64,000 nucleotides of DNA from Octopus vulgaris (Eukaryota), in assembly GCA_951406725.2 (NCBI GenBank), contig OX597821.1, positions 85,808,001 to 85,872,000 of the forward strand, written 5' to 3'. Positions 13,134 to 26,465 of this stretch are shown piece by piece. The first letter of the stretch is position 1; each line of letters opens with the position of its first letter. The notes under the pieces were generated by a model, which saw only the letters and a list, made by a program, of their open reading frames with translations, did not search any database and was not told the DNA's origin. Position numbers and translations under genes: made by a program.

Positions 13134-13958
13134 ATTTAACTTCTCTTTAACAGATTGTTCTCTTCTAAACGTTAGACTTATTCCAGTTCGCGAACATTTT
13201 GTATTTACACTGTATGTTTGCCGCTGTAGATCATCACAAGTTTCCTCGTATTTTGCTGTATCACATTGGTACTTTTTTCAAGTAGTTAGGTGTGTTGGGA
13301 ATAAGAATGAAATACACTTTAAAATGTGCAAATAAAGTCTTTTTCCTTCGCTTGCTAACATTAAAAATAGAGGGAAAGACAGGAAGACTTTATTGCGTTA
13401 AAAATGAAAATTAGGGTAAAGAGAAAGGAGACAGAAAGAGAGAAGGGGAAGAGGAGAGAGATAAGATGGAGAGACTCTATTGCGATGAAGGTGAAATAAA
13501 GGTAGATAAAGAGAAGGAGGGAGAGATAATGATGTGGAGCTATTTCTATTCGAAATAATGATGTGGAGCTATTTCTATCAAATAGATCAATATATATCTA
13601 CGCGACGTAGAAGAAGAAGAAGAAGAAGAAGAAGAAGAAACAGCAGGTACGGTATCATCATCAGCCAAGTGTTTTCATGTTGGGTAGGAGAATAGGGAGG
13701 GTGATCAATCAGTTGCTACCAGTTTCTGCTGAAGTCTTCTTTGAACAGTCCGATGTCAATTTACCTGGAAAGAAACTGCAGTTATTAAGAAGGGTTGAAA
13801 TTAATACCCGCAAGATTTCACAGCTCTACCATCACTCCTTCGTACTTTGCCTATGAACTTTCAGCGCATCCTCGTAATTACATGAACCTGTACTTCTAAC
13901 TATGGCACAATTCCATAGATTCTGGCAGAATGACACCCAGTATTTTGACAGATACTAA

Positions 13959-14357
13959 TCTTTATATATAAAAGTGAAGTTGTGTGTCTGTCTGTCTCCT
14001 ACGATTTAGATTCCTAACTACTCCCACATTTTGCGGTGCAGTTTAACCAAAACCGGGTATCCTATAGTCGGGATTCATATCGAGCCCTTCTGGGTATTAG
14101 CGCGCGTCTACGATGAGTCTACGATTTAAAAAAAAATTTACCATCAATTTTTCCCATTTTTAATGCATTTTTGGCATATATAAGGGAAGTAACTCTCTAA
14201 AATTTTGTTATTAAATCTCAGAACGTAAAAAGCTACAGTAACACCCCACCCCTTTGTGGTTAGCCATATTGAGATGGCTATTATACTTTACATCTCTAAA
14301 AATGCTTATACAGTTATTTCCCTTACAAACTCGAGCAACGCCGGGCGATACTGCTAG
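13959..14357 (+). mobile_element. Non-autonomous Helitron
   Basis: A|TCTTTATATATAAAAG 5' end, subterminal GC-rich hairpin (ctcgagcaacgccggg), CTAG|T 3' end. Inserted at an AT dinucleotide inside an old S3 SINE (~13925-13958 plus 14358-14465, minus strand). Confidence 0.85.
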
Positions 14358-14859
14358 TTTTATAATAAAAGGCAAAAAGACGCCCAAGTTGGATTGAACT
14401 CCGAACGTAATGTAACGCAACCACGTATCACAGACCATTTTGTGAAGGATTATCCACTTCACCACCCTGAGCTGTTACGTTAGTTGAAGTCTACATATTT
14501 GACAAAGGATATAATTGATTGAATCAAATCTAGTACATGACAAGTATCTTTTTATCTATCACCGAAGGATGAAAGGTGGGGTTTAACCCTGAACATTTAA
14601 AAGAAATTAATAGATATAAATGTCTATTAGTGCAGAGTTACTCTTGGGTGGGGCTGTAAGAACTGAAAAGGGGGCGGGGAAATTATCGTATTTAATACAA
14701 TTTAGACGGATTTTTTTTATGGCCATAAACAGTTCGTGATAACTTTCAAGTGTACGTACTTCTTTGAAACTCTAGATAAAACGTAAAACCTAGGAACGAG
14801 TGAATCCTTTTATGATTGATATTGAAGAAGTTATGCTAGGGTTCAGAGAAAAATATACT

Positions 14860-14955
14860 TAGTCCTACTGTGCGACACATTGGGCAAGTGCCTTCAACTA
14901 TAGATCGATGCTTTATAAATAAAATAGGGCGATAGAAACTTCTGGAAGCCCATCG

Positions 14956-15011
<56 letters not shown>

Positions 15012-15084
15012 GAAGATAGATGTATATATATATGTATATGTGTATATGTATATGTGTATATGTATACATATATAATATATACAT

Positions 15085-15132
<48 letters not shown>

Positions 15133-15452
15133 CATATATAAATATATATAACATATATATGTTTATATATATATACACATATACATACATATATATATAC
15201 ACAATTAAATGCACGCACAAACATATATGTATGTATATGTCTTCATGTGCGTCCACCACCACTGCTTGACGACCGATGCTGGTTTGTTTACATCCTCTTA
15301 ACATGAGCAGTTCTGCAAAAGACACCTATAGAATAAGTACTCAGACTTAAAAACAAAAAAAGTAATGGAGTCGATTTGTTCGACTAAACCCTTTAATGTC
15401 GGTTGGCCCAGCATGGTTGCAATCCAATGACTGAAATAAGTAAAAGATAAAA
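14860..15452 (+). mobile_element. Old SINE family S1 with expanded internal (TA)n
   Basis: agtcctactgtgcgacacattgggcaagtg...gaccgatgctgg...cagcatggttgcaatccaatgactgaaataagtaaaaga. Confidence 0.8.
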
Positions 15453-15578
15453 GGTAAGAAAACTGATACTACTTTGAAAATGTTCTTTTAGCTATTTAGT
15501 TTTCTCATCTTTTGGAGTAAATACACACACGTGCGCGAGTTCGTTGTGTGTGGAGTACCTTCTTTTTTTGTTTATCTT

Positions 15579-15728
15579 ATCATTGGGTATGTTTATTAGA
15601 GTTTACTCTCGTGCAAGCATATACGCCCACCAACTACGCTACTGAGCATATAGATGAGGTCTCCGATCTATGAATAACTATTTGCTGGTCTGGAAGGAAA
15701 GGGTACTCATGGTCTGGGTAGCGTATCT
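15579..15728 (+). repeat. Near-identical ~150-bp copy of 17272-17422, bracketed by a 19-bp duplication
   Basis: The two copies differ by one base. tctttttttgtttatctta occurs at 15561-15579 and 15726-15744. Confidence 0.9.
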
Positions 15729-16421
15729 TTTTTTGTTTATCTTAAGCAAAAAGCCTGCTTCCATTTTGCTCAACATAACTGTGCAAAAAATACTTTCTTT
15801 TTCCTTCTGTTTTAGCAAATATAAAAACGAAATATAGACGTCGGTAATGTACGAAGGTGATATGCAACTTGCTTGACAAGATTTTCTCCCGGAATCCATG
15901 AGTTTGTCGATAAATATGAAACGAACTTTATTATGGCGTTATTTCTGTGTATTTTATTTATTATATTCGGTTAAAAATGTGTAATATACTTCTTCCCATT
16001 TATAAACTTGTCCAATGCCGTAGCGAAGAAGGAATTATATGGAATTACATGGCCTCTCGTAAATAAACTGGGAGCAAGGTGGTGGTGGTGGTGGTCCGTG
16101 GGGGCCGGGGTGGTTCGCAAAGAACTTCCCTAATATTTTGAGGGGTCCTGGATTTTGTCAGTTCGCGAAACATTGCATTAGTATATGTATGTAAGGCTTA
16201 ATATGGCATATGTAAGCTATTACATGAATGACTGGGGCCCTCGTGAGAATTACCCACGGATGCTTTGTGCATCAAAACAAATGATTTAGTAAGATAACGC
16301 AGGGAATCTAAGAAATTTTTCTAGTTAGAGATGTGGAAGGAAATAACTAATTAAATAATTGAAGTCTTTAATCCGACTCTTCACTCTATCTGTCACTCTG
16401 CTGTTCTATAGTTACACTAAT

Positions 16422-16775
16422 AAGTGGAGGCGCAATGGCCCAGTGGTTAGGGCAGCGGACTCGCGGTCGTAGGATCGCAGTTTCGATTCCCAGACCGGGC
16501 GTTGTGAGTGTTTATTGAGCGAAAACACCTAAAATGCTGTACTCTTTCACCACAACTTTCTCTCACTCTTACTTCCTGTTTCTGTTGTACCTGTATTTCA
16601 AGGGGCCGGCCTTGTCACTCTCTGTGTCACGCTGAATATCCCCGAGAACTACGTTAAGGCTGCACGTGTCTGTGGAGTGCTCAGCCACTTACACGTTAAT
16701 TTCACGAGCAGGCTGTTCCGTTGATTCGGATCAACCGGAACCCTCATCGTCGTTACCGACGGAGTGCTTCCACCC
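16422..16775 (+). mobile_element. tRNA-derived SINE family S2, full-length, with 12-bp TSD
   Basis: Head ggcgcaatggcccagtggttagggcagcggactcgcggtcg...tttcgattccc. TSD agttacactaat at 16410-16421 and 16776-16787. Confidence 0.9.
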
Positions 16776-17059
16776 AGTTACACTAATTAAGAATTTCTAC
16801 GTAAACAATATACGGCGATGATACAAAATGAGATTACACAACATTCATGCTTTAGTCTAGGACATTAGCGACACACGTGTGGTGAAAATGGCCACAACCG
16901 GATATCAAAGCTAGGACTGGAAACACTACACGCTATAAACTGGAGATTGTGTTACGTTTGTGCCTTTCTTAAAGATATTAAGTGGTGCAACGGAAGTGAG
17001 ATAGCATCAAATATGTTATTGAAACCGGGTTGCAGATTTGGTTTGTTGATAGTTTAGCT

Positions 17060-17200
17060 GTGGTTTAGAAGCTCGCATCGCAAATACGTGATTCTCTATT
17101 CGATTCTGCTGCTAGGCACCCTAGGAAAATGTCTTCTACCATGGCTTCCGGTCGACTCAAATCTTATGAGTGAAGTTGGATTGACGGGAACTGATCGAAA
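17060..17200 (+). mobile_element. Highly decayed 5' half of SINE S1
   Basis: gctgtggtttagaagctcgc...ggcaccctaggaaaatgtcttctac...ttgacgggaactga. Confidence 0.55.
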
Positions 17201-17883
17201 CTTAACCAAGAGGATTATATCACTTATTGACAGTGGATTTAATCTCTTTCCCAGTTTAAGACTATCACCTGATCATTGGGTATGTTTATTAGAGTTTACT
17301 CTCGTGCAAGCATATACGCCCACCAACTACGCTACTGAGCATATAGATGAGGTCTCCGATCTATGAATAACTATTTGCCTGGTCTGGAAGGAAAGGGTAC
17401 TCATGGTCTGGGTAGCGTATCTGACACCGTTGGGATACCACAATATATGACCACCGTTAATACCACATTATATGACCAACAGCTTCATTGGTTTCCAGTG
17501 AGTTAATCACTGCTTCACTGAATTCATAATGGTACGAGCGACAAAGAGAGTGTTACAAGTATTTCGGTTTCCCACCGTTATGCATAGATAAAATTTTTTT
17601 CGAAGGTATTCAGAACTATTTCAGCCATCCACGATTTGCATCAGAAAACCTCAAAATCCAAAGTTCCAATCGCCTGAAATCCGTTGACGAGAAACTTATA
17701 CAAGTGACACAAGCAGACACACACTCTAGACAACAGTACTGAGTGTTTTCTTCCCTCTTCAAAATCGATTCATACCTGTATGAAACCACCGGTCATTATA
17801 TACATACATGCATACATACATACATACATACATACATACATACATACATACATGTATACATACATATATATATACATATATAT

Positions 17884-18115
17884 AAGGCAACGAGCTTGCA
17901 GACTCGTTAGCACGCCGGACGAAATGTTTAGCGGTATTTCGTCTGTCGTTACGTTCTGAGTTCAAATTCCGCCGAGGTCGACTTTGCCTTTCATCCTTTC
18001 GGGGTCGATAAATAAAGTACCAGTTTCGCACTGGGGTCGATGTAATTGACTTAATCACTTTGTCTGTCCTTGTTTATCCCCCTCTATGTTTAGCCCCTTG
18101 TGGGCAATAAAGAAA
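17884..18115 (+). mobile_element. SINE family S3 (Nin/Deu-domain-like)
   Basis: gcctttcatcctttcggggtcgataaataaagtacca central domain, flanked by microsatellites. Confidence 0.88.
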
Positions 18116-18725
18116 TACACACACACACACACACCCATATATATATATATATATACATATGCATACATATGTATATGCACACACACATACATATACATAC
18201 ATACACGCATAAACACACCACACATACAAACATACAAACACACACATCCATCCATCCATCCATACAGATATGTAACCATAGCCGTCACTTAGAAGCGAGT
18301 ATGACTCTGTAGCAAGTACCATGCTCTCCTTAATTGCATTATCGCTTTAGGCGTCTGTGTAATTGCGAGCAGACATAGACCTCTTCTCTGTTCTTTCTTA
18401 TTTAATCCAGTAGAACATCTAGGATCAAACGATAGCGTGAGGGACCTGCACCAGCAATGAGTGGATACTTATTTTCAGCCGAGTAGGCTAGGACGACATG
18501 AAATGACGTACCCTGTTCTTAGGGACAAGACATCAATCCTCGTAGTAATTGAAACCACAATTTTAAGACTTTGAGCTCAAAAGTCTTAACTGCCACGTGC
18601 CTATATACAAAGTGTGCTTCTTAACCATATAACCATGCCTGCTCCCCACCAGATACACACATAGCCATGTCTACATAACTTACTTAAGCCATAGAACTTA
18701 GTAGGATAGTCTTTTTCCTGCCTTC

Positions 18726-18804
<79 letters not shown>

Positions 18805-19231
18805 ATTTTTAAAGGCCTTTTCGTATGAATGTGATTTTTATTTTAATGCATAGTTTCAAATGAAGCTATTGCTCTGATTTTTATAGTATCTCACTGTATA
18901 TTGATTATAAAACAAAATGTGAATTTATTGCGGAAGAACCAGAACGCCTGATAAAAGCTGTCATTGTTTTACCCAAACTGTTCTAGGCGTGTAAATTAGA
19001 TTAACATATAAATGCCGGGAACCACGGGAAAGCCTCTAGCTAGTCGTCCCACCGACTTGCTGGAAATAGCAGCCAGTTCTTTCTCAAATCAAATCCCCGC
19101 TGCATTGCTTTATAACGAAGAACAGTCGGATGTTGGTGAACGGGATGTCATTAAGGAGATACAAAGTCATAGCAGAAATGCTTTTGACCATTGACTGGCC
19201 AGTTCACTGAGCCTTGACTTGGAGCTAAAAA

Positions 19232-19291
19232 GACAGCAACAACAGCTACAACAACTACTATTACTACTAAGTGCTACTGTTGCTGCTGCTG

Positions 19292-19356
<65 letters not shown>

Positions 19357-19390
19357 GCTGCTACTGCTGCTGCTGCTGCTGCTGTTACTG

Positions 19391-19449
<59 letters not shown>

Positions 19450-19513
19450 ACTGCTGCTGCTGCCGCTGCTGCTACTGCTGCTGCTACTGCTGTTGCTGCT
19501 ACTACTGCTGTTG

Positions 19514-19566
<53 letters not shown>

Positions 19567-19585
19567 GTTGCTACTACTTCTACTG
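19232..19585. repeat. (CTA)n/(CTG)n compound microsatellite
   Basis: Visible runs. Confidence 0.97.
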
Positions 19586-19618
19586 TAATATTTTTCTTGT
19601 CTAAAATATTCATGCCTT

Positions 19619-19694
19619 GTCTCTGATGATGGAATACTCAGTGCGTGGACATGCTAACCTACTACTTGGGTAGTCCCAGAAACGGCTGTAAGAC
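19619..19694 (+). ncRNA. Type I hammerhead ribozyme with intact core and long stem II
   Basis: gtct-CTGATGA-tggaatactcagt...acttgggtagtccca-GAAA-cggctg-TA-agac. 4-bp stem I, extended stem II, quasi-palindromic stem III, GUA site after 19690. Confidence 0.78.
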
Positions 19695-19930
19695 TTCAAA
19701 TTCACCTTACCCTAATTAGATTATTCTAAATGACTTTGAGATACTCGTTCTGCCTTGGTTCTGCTTTTCCCTCTGATATAATATATACCTGCTATAACGG
19801 AACCCTAATACGGATCCCTAGATCTAGGCTCAGCTGTGAACTCGGAACTTAACAGACGACCAACTATAGCACATATTCGGCGTACCTATTCGTTTAGATC
19901 ACAAGGGAACTAAACCCCTCATACTCTCTC

Positions 19931-20078
19931 TGGCTGTGTGGTAAGTAGCTTGCTAACCAACCACATGGTTCCGGGTTCAGTCCCACTGCGTGGCATCTTG
20001 GGCTATAGCCCCGGGCCGACCAAAGCCTTATGTGTGGATTTGGTAGACGGAAACTGAAAGAAGCCTGTCGTATATATG

Positions 20079-20128
<50 letters not shown>

Positions 20129-20340
20129 TGTGTCTGTGTTTGTCCCCCTAGCATTGCTTGACAACCGATGCTGGTGTGTTTACGTCCCCATCACTTAGCG
20201 GTTCGGCAAAAGAGACCGATAGAATAAGTACTGGGCTTACAAAGAATAAGTCCCGGTGTCGATTTGCTCGACTAAAGGCGGTGCTCCAGCATGGCCGCAG
20301 TCAAATGACTGAAACAAGTAAAAGAGAGTAAAAGAGAAAG
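19931..20340 (+). mobile_element. SINE family S1
   Basis: High identity to 7587-7993. First ~10 nt missing and a small internal deletion. Confidence 0.9.
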
Positions 20341-20344
20341 AGAT

Positions 20345-21150
20345 ACCATCACCACTACTACCACCACCACCACACCACCACCACCATCATCAATACGACG
20401 ATTATTAGCACCACCACCGCTATCATAACTGCCATCACTACCACCTCCATCATCATCATCCTCATCATCCCCACCACCACCACCACCACCACCACCACCA
20501 CCACCATTATCACCACCACCTTCACCATCTCCACAACAACAACAGCAACCACCACCACTACGACCGTAATTACACAACCACTATCATCACCTCGTTTATC
20601 ACTAACACTCCACCACTATCACCACCATTACCATCAACTCAAACACAGTCTCCACCACAACTACTATAACCAAAACCACCATCACCAATACCGCCACCAC
20701 CACCAAAATCGTTATCTCAACTACCACCATAACTACCACCACCTTGACACCCATTACAGAAAAACAACATAAAACAGTTATCAGACCCACCACCATTTTT
20801 GTAAAACTACCTCCTGTTCCACCACCACTGAGACTATTATTACGGTAACTCTAACCACGATCAACACTACTACCACAACCATTTGAACGACTACAATCTC
20901 AACTGCTACCCATCAAGAATTCCAACCAACATCACCACCATCATTACTATTACCATTATCGCCGCCGCCGCCACCACCACAACAACAAAAACAACAGAAA
21001 ACGACCTCCAATACCATCCCCCACTACCACCACCACAATAACAACAACCACAATAACAACAGCAAACGACCACCATCATAACCACAGCCATCACAACTAC
21101 CACCATCTAAACCACCACCGCCATCACAACTTGCACACCACCGCTACTAC
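20345..21150. repeat. Degenerate (CAC/CAA)n low-complexity region
   Basis: Visible composition. Confidence 0.9.
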
Positions 21151-22000
21151 GATGAGATCAAGTATAGAAAATTTGAATGGGTTTCGAGAGAGGTGTGGCT
21201 AGAAGGAATGGTATGTGAATGAGGAAGTGGAATGATTGAGTAAAAGATATTCGGATGAGATGTGGAGTGCTGGAAATTATACGCGAGATTGCAAATCGCA
21301 AAAGACTTTTGATCCTTTTTAATTGATACGATTATTCTAACATTACATTTTTTCAACCCTGTTAGAGTCGCCATTGAGAGGCGTTAATACCGCTTACATC
21401 AAATCTAACAGTAATCGCCTCACTAAATCGACAAAGCGCTGCGCAGGCGCAACCTTGTGTATGTGTGTGCCTGTAGCTGGGAGTAGTGTGTGTGTGTATG
21501 TGTGCGTGCGCGTGGGTGGGTGTGTGTGTGTGAATGTGGGTGAGTGTGGGTGTGCGTGTGCGTGTGCTTGTTCTTTGTGCTTTTCTATGTGTGCGACTGT
21601 TAGCTGCTGTGTGAATGTCTGTAACCGTATCTGTGGGGGAGGTCTGTGTTTGTAAGTATATATCTGTATGTCTATGTCCTTGCATGTATATGTAGTGCGT
21701 ATGTAGTGTGTACATGCGTGTGTCCATGTGTCTGCGTGCGCGCATGTATGTATAATATAAAAAAATATATGAATATGATGTGTGTCTATAGATATGAATG
21801 TGTGTATAAATATATACATTCATGTGTATATTAATGTTTGTATAAATATGTGTACATATATGCATGTATACATTATCGTATGTACACACAGATACTCACA
21901 CATACACGCACACATACATATATGAGTGTGTGAGTATATATATATATATATATAACTGTCCGGATGTTTTGCGTTCTTGTCCCATTTTGTATTTTATATA

Positions 22001-22039
<39 letters not shown>

Positions 22040-22469
22040 TTTAACTTCGTTTACGGGAAACGTTTTGAGTATGCATATAAAAGTTAGTGAAATGATGCCA
22101 AATGGTAATACCAGTCTTTTGGGGGTCGCACCGAGCTGTGCCGATATAATGTAGAATAAATATTAAGAAATCAATGCGTGAACATAATCTTCCTAATGCC
22201 TGTGGATACTACGGACTGTACATCCCAGGAACCCGGACTATGATCATAAGAAACATGTGATTTGTAGAAACGCGCGTAGCGATGCATTGAAATATCTATA
22301 AATTCCATCCAAGGATTATTGTCATTATCACTATACATACGCGCGTGCGCATACGAATAAACATGAGTATCCTTCGGTTTTGTCGAGTATTCATTTGGTC
22401 AATCAACTGACTTACTCATTGAATCTCACAGACGCGTGTAGGTATTATATAATTTTCAAGTATTGGCTT

Positions 22470-23930
22470 GTCAGATAAATTCGTTCGATTCTCCTTTGTG
22501 GTTCACGACATCTTGACAATGTTCCACAAGTTTTTCAATGGCTTGACGGTAGAAATTATCGATCCACATTTTCAACTCCATGTCGTTGTTGAACGAAACT
22601 CTTCGCAGACTATAGAAGAGCGACCAAAACGAACTGTTAATCTGAAGGTGCTATGTCAGGAGAATACATAAAGTGCAGTGGAATTTACTGGGATCTTGAA
22701 CAGCATTTTGGATCAAATAAGCGACGTCGGGAGCGAGTGTTGTGAAGTTGAAGAAGCACGCCCTGTGGCCCTTCGGCTTGTTTCAGGTAGATTGCCTCGT
22801 TGGACCGGTACATTTTTGCTGAACGTAAAGCTTTGCATTGTTTTCAAGCATATGAAGGCACGTGACAAAGTGTTTAGGTATTCGGCTCCTGGCGGCGCTT
22901 TGTGTCCTTGATCAAGGCACGTTATTTCACATTGTTGCAGTCCACCCAGCTGGCAAAGATGAGTAGTACCTGTATTTCAAAGGGCCAGCCTTGTCACATT
23001 CTGTATCACGATGAATCTCTTTGAGAACTAAATCAAGGGTACGTGTGTCTGTGGAATGCTCAGTCACTTGCACGTTAATTTCTCGAGCAGGCTGTTCCGT
23101 TGATCAGATCAATTGGGACACTCGTCGTCGTAACCGATGGAGTGCTAGTTTCTCCTTTTCTTCTTTTTCAAGCATTCCGTAATGGATTATCCCTTTCCAA
23201 TACCACCAAATACAGATCCTTCTCATGCGTGCAGGCAACTTTGACTTGGCTCGAAGTGTTGCTTGCTTGTTAGGACTCAATCATTCTTCCCTCTGCTTCA
23301 TATTGACATAAAGATACCATTTTAAATCACCGACGACGATGCGGTTAAAGAATCTGTTTATGTACACGAGTAACCTGGTGTCAAGCGAGCAAACTGGTGA
23401 CTTAAGCTTACCTTTTTTCTTTCAGAGAGCTTGGCGCTCATGCACCGAGTTTTTGGACCTTACACATCGAGTGAAGATGACAGGTAACATTATCATTAGA
23501 GCATCCCATCAACTGGACCAATTCCCCAGTAGACTGGCGCGAATCCTCGTGGATGAGTTCGTTCAAGCGATCTTCATTGAACTGAACCGGCCAGCTGGAA
23601 GACGGAAGTCTGTGAGGTTGAATTTTCCTTTATTTGAAGCGTGAAAACTTGGCTTTCTGTAACAGCTCCATACACATAATCTCCGTACATAACATGAATG
23701 TCTAGAGCGGCTTTGGCAGCCTGGGAACCTTGTCTGAAAGCGAAGAGAAGCAGATATCGAAAATGTTATTATTTTTTCATGTCTGAAAAGAAGTAAAATT
23801 TATTCAAATTTCAAAAATGAAAAAGCAGAAGTTGTGGAAGAAAGTTGTAGATTTTTGCCATATTTCTGTGGAAGACATCACACATATGATTTGGCAGCAG
23901 CCTATAAGCGCCATCTCTATGCGCTAAAGC
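22470..23930 (-). pseudogene. Decayed, roughly full-length mariner (Tc1/mariner) transposase, interrupted by a SINE
   Basis: Minus-strand fragments in correct order: FRYLLLFAFRQGSQAAKA (HTH), RIVVGDLKWYLY, ICIWWYWKGIIHY, YSPDIAPSD, FYRQAIEKLVE...VVNHKGE. Confidence 0.85.
22865..23147 (+). mobile_element. SINE family S2 nested in the mariner
   Basis: gtacctgtatttcaaagggccagccttgtcac...gagcaggctgttccgttgatc...gtaaccgatggagtgc matches 16590-16770. Confidence 0.85.
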
Positions 23931-23984
23931 AATATATAATGTCTTACAGAAAAAAAAAATTGATAGAATAAAAATATAGAATCC

Positions 23985-24505
23985 TCCTGTTATTGAATAC
24001 GTACACAACCATCAACAAAAGGGATATTGGTGGAACATTCCCATCAAAATGTTTGTCCAGTGTAAACATAACAGACTGGATATTGCTGTTTGGTATAGAC
24101 AAAAATGTATGTGCCATCATAGAGGTCAGCTGTCCTGCTGATGTGAATATCTCTTTGTAAGTCTAAGAAAAAGAGAATAACTATGGACAGCTGCTCCGAA
24201 ACCTCCAGCTTCTAAATCCAGATTATAAATTCACATCAATAATAAGTGGTGCATGTGGTATTGAGAGTAAATGCCTAAATAACAATCTGGACAATCTGGA
24301 GTTTTCAGAAAAAGAAATCATCCAGATAACTTGCACATTTACAAACATAGAAACACTATCTGTAAGTGGAGCAGTAAAAATCTGCAAAACTTTTCTCAAG
24401 TTTAAAATGTTTGTTATCAACTTTGTTTGATAACAAAGATGGAGCTTTGTATCGTTGTTAGAAAGCAGCTCCTTCCTCAGAGGAAGTATTGAAATAATTA
24501 AAAAC
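23985..24505 (+). mobile_element. 3' fragment of an RLE (R4-type) non-LTR retrotransposon of a different subfamily
   Basis: YWWNIPIK...HNRLDIAVW...IIEVSCPADVNI...EKENNYGQL...SVSGAVKICKTFLKF. Runs into (ATAC)n. Confidence 0.75.
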
Positions 24506-24599
24506 AGAAGAGAATGAATATACATACATACATACGTACATACATACATACATACATACATACATACATACATACATACATACATACAAACATACATAT

Positions 24600-24630
<31 letters not shown>

Positions 24631-24751
24631 CATACATGCCTACATACATACATGCATGCATGCATCCATCCATCCATCCATACATACATACATACATACA
24701 TACATACATACATACATACATACATACATACATACATACATACATACATAC

Positions 24752-24802
24752 TACGACCGCGAGTCCGCTGCCCTAACCACTGGGCCATTGCGCCTCCACT
24801 TA
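24752..24802 (-). mobile_element. Isolated 5' head of SINE S2
   Basis: Exact reverse complement of 16421-16472, abutting (ATAC)n. Confidence 0.85.
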
Positions 24803-25831
24803 TACATGCATAATTGTGAAAAAGCATCTCAGCATTGTGGTTGAATTCTCGAAGCTGCTGGTCTAAAGCTGACACAACTGCCTCATCCTGGTTTACATTG
24901 GTGACTACATAGCTGAAGGCAAAACAACATAACTGTTGAGAATAAGCGTTCACTTCGCCACGTCCTCGTAACAAGTAACCCAAATGCCATACCTTTTTCC
25001 TACATGCCATCCACGCGGAAGAGGGTTCCTGGCTTTGATAGGCCTCAGCAGTCACTTCCCAACCCAACAAACAGAACATAAAAGCCAATTCCGAGTCATT
25101 TTTGACATCAAGTGATTATCAGTACGATGCATTATGTGCATCAGGTAATGTCTGAACGTGTATTTGTGTTTGTCTGTGTATATAAATCTGAGAGTATTAA
25201 TTTATGGTATGTATGAGTGCATACCATAAATTATACTCTCAGATTCACACACATTCGCACACGCACCATCCCCACTCTTCACACTCCCACACATATTTAT
25301 GTGAATTGCGATTGATTTGTCAAAATATAGTTTGCTTCTGAGAGAGAAATTCTGGCATACAATCCTTTTTTGTGAGTTAAATTTGGACTGAGCTCTTTCG
25401 AAGTATTTCTGATCGAAGCTCCGATGTTAGCTTGATCTGATAACTTCTAATTTTGTCCCATGACTTTCAGGATTTGAACTTACTATTTGAAGTTTTATCG
25501 CCATGTAAGCAGACTTTTGTGTACTTGCTTGACTTATTATGAGTCTCCTCGATCGATAATGGCAAAATCAGTGTCACTTCGATCTACGCTGTCTGACTTC
25601 CAAATTAACTTAAGCTGTCTATTTTTGCATTCAGCGGCAAAAAACGTATGTATGTATGTATGTATGTATGCAAGCATGTATGTGTATATATATGAGTGTG
25701 TGTGTGCTTTTACAGGCATACACACATTCATGCATACACATACATACATACATGCATACATACATACATACATACATACATACATACATACATACATACA
25801 TTCATATATAAATACTTACACTGTATATATA

Positions 25832-26037
25832 TCGCCATGTTGATTCGTTAGCTACTGCACGCATTTTTTTTCTCTCCTTTCTGTGTTTTTCTCTCTCTGT
25901 GTATCTTTCTGTTGAAGAGCGTAGGCTCGAAACGTTAAAGACTTGTTTTATTTATATTTCCTGAGCGCCATACTAATACAATTGTTCGTTTGTTTTCCAC
26001 CTGCCTTCGTCTTTTGTTTATTTTCATAAAGCTTCCC

Positions 26038-26039
<2 letters not shown>
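25832..26039 (+). mobile_element. (TA)n-flanked short element family H2 with minimal hammerhead motif at 25904-25941
   Basis: tcttt-CTGTTGA-a-GAGC-gtag-GCTC-GAAA-CG-TT-aaaga. Homologues at 34601 (-), 39810 (+) and 2375 (-). Confidence 0.7.
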
Positions 26040-26093
<54 letters not shown>

Positions 26094-26106
26094 ATATATA
26101 TATATA

Positions 26107-26165
26107 TTTTTTGATTTTGATTTTTCCAGTTTCAGCTAATGAGCTGTGGCCATGCTGGGGCACGT

Positions 26166-26166
<1 letters not shown>
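26107..26166 (-). mobile_element. Ultra-short 3' end of the CR1-like LINE inside (TA)n
   Basis: Reverse complement of gtgccccagcatggccacagctcattagctgaaactggaaaaatcaaaa at ~62306-62362. Confidence 0.85.
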
Positions 26167-26242
<76 letters not shown>

Positions 26243-26328
26243 TGTATGTATGTATGTATGTGTGTATTATGTATGTAGATATGCATGCATGTATGTGCGT
26301 ATGTAGATAGATAGATAAGTAGGTAGGT

Positions 26329-26372
<44 letters not shown>

Positions 26373-26394
26373 TGACAGACAGATAGATAGATAA

Positions 26395-26465
<71 letters not shown>

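Noticed and set aside
13526-13580. 28-bp tandem duplication (another at ~17426-17478)
   Set aside because: Two-unit slippage duplications with no further structure.
16425-16500. tRNA gene
   Set aside because: It is the tRNA-like head of SINE S2: it continues into the SINE body, has a TSD and lacks a proper acceptor stem.
17604-17650. Minus-strand CTGATGC...GAAA-TAGT-TC motif
   Set aside because: Stems I and II pair too poorly to support a call.
21340-21455. GC-rich island with an NRF1-like TGCGCAGGCGCA and an acceptor-like TTAG
   Set aside because: A single short motif with no other promoter or exon support.
24810-25115. Non-repetitive part of the minus-strand ORF 24498-25088
   Set aside because: No recognisable domain, and the ORF runs into a SINE head and a microsatellite; left unassigned.
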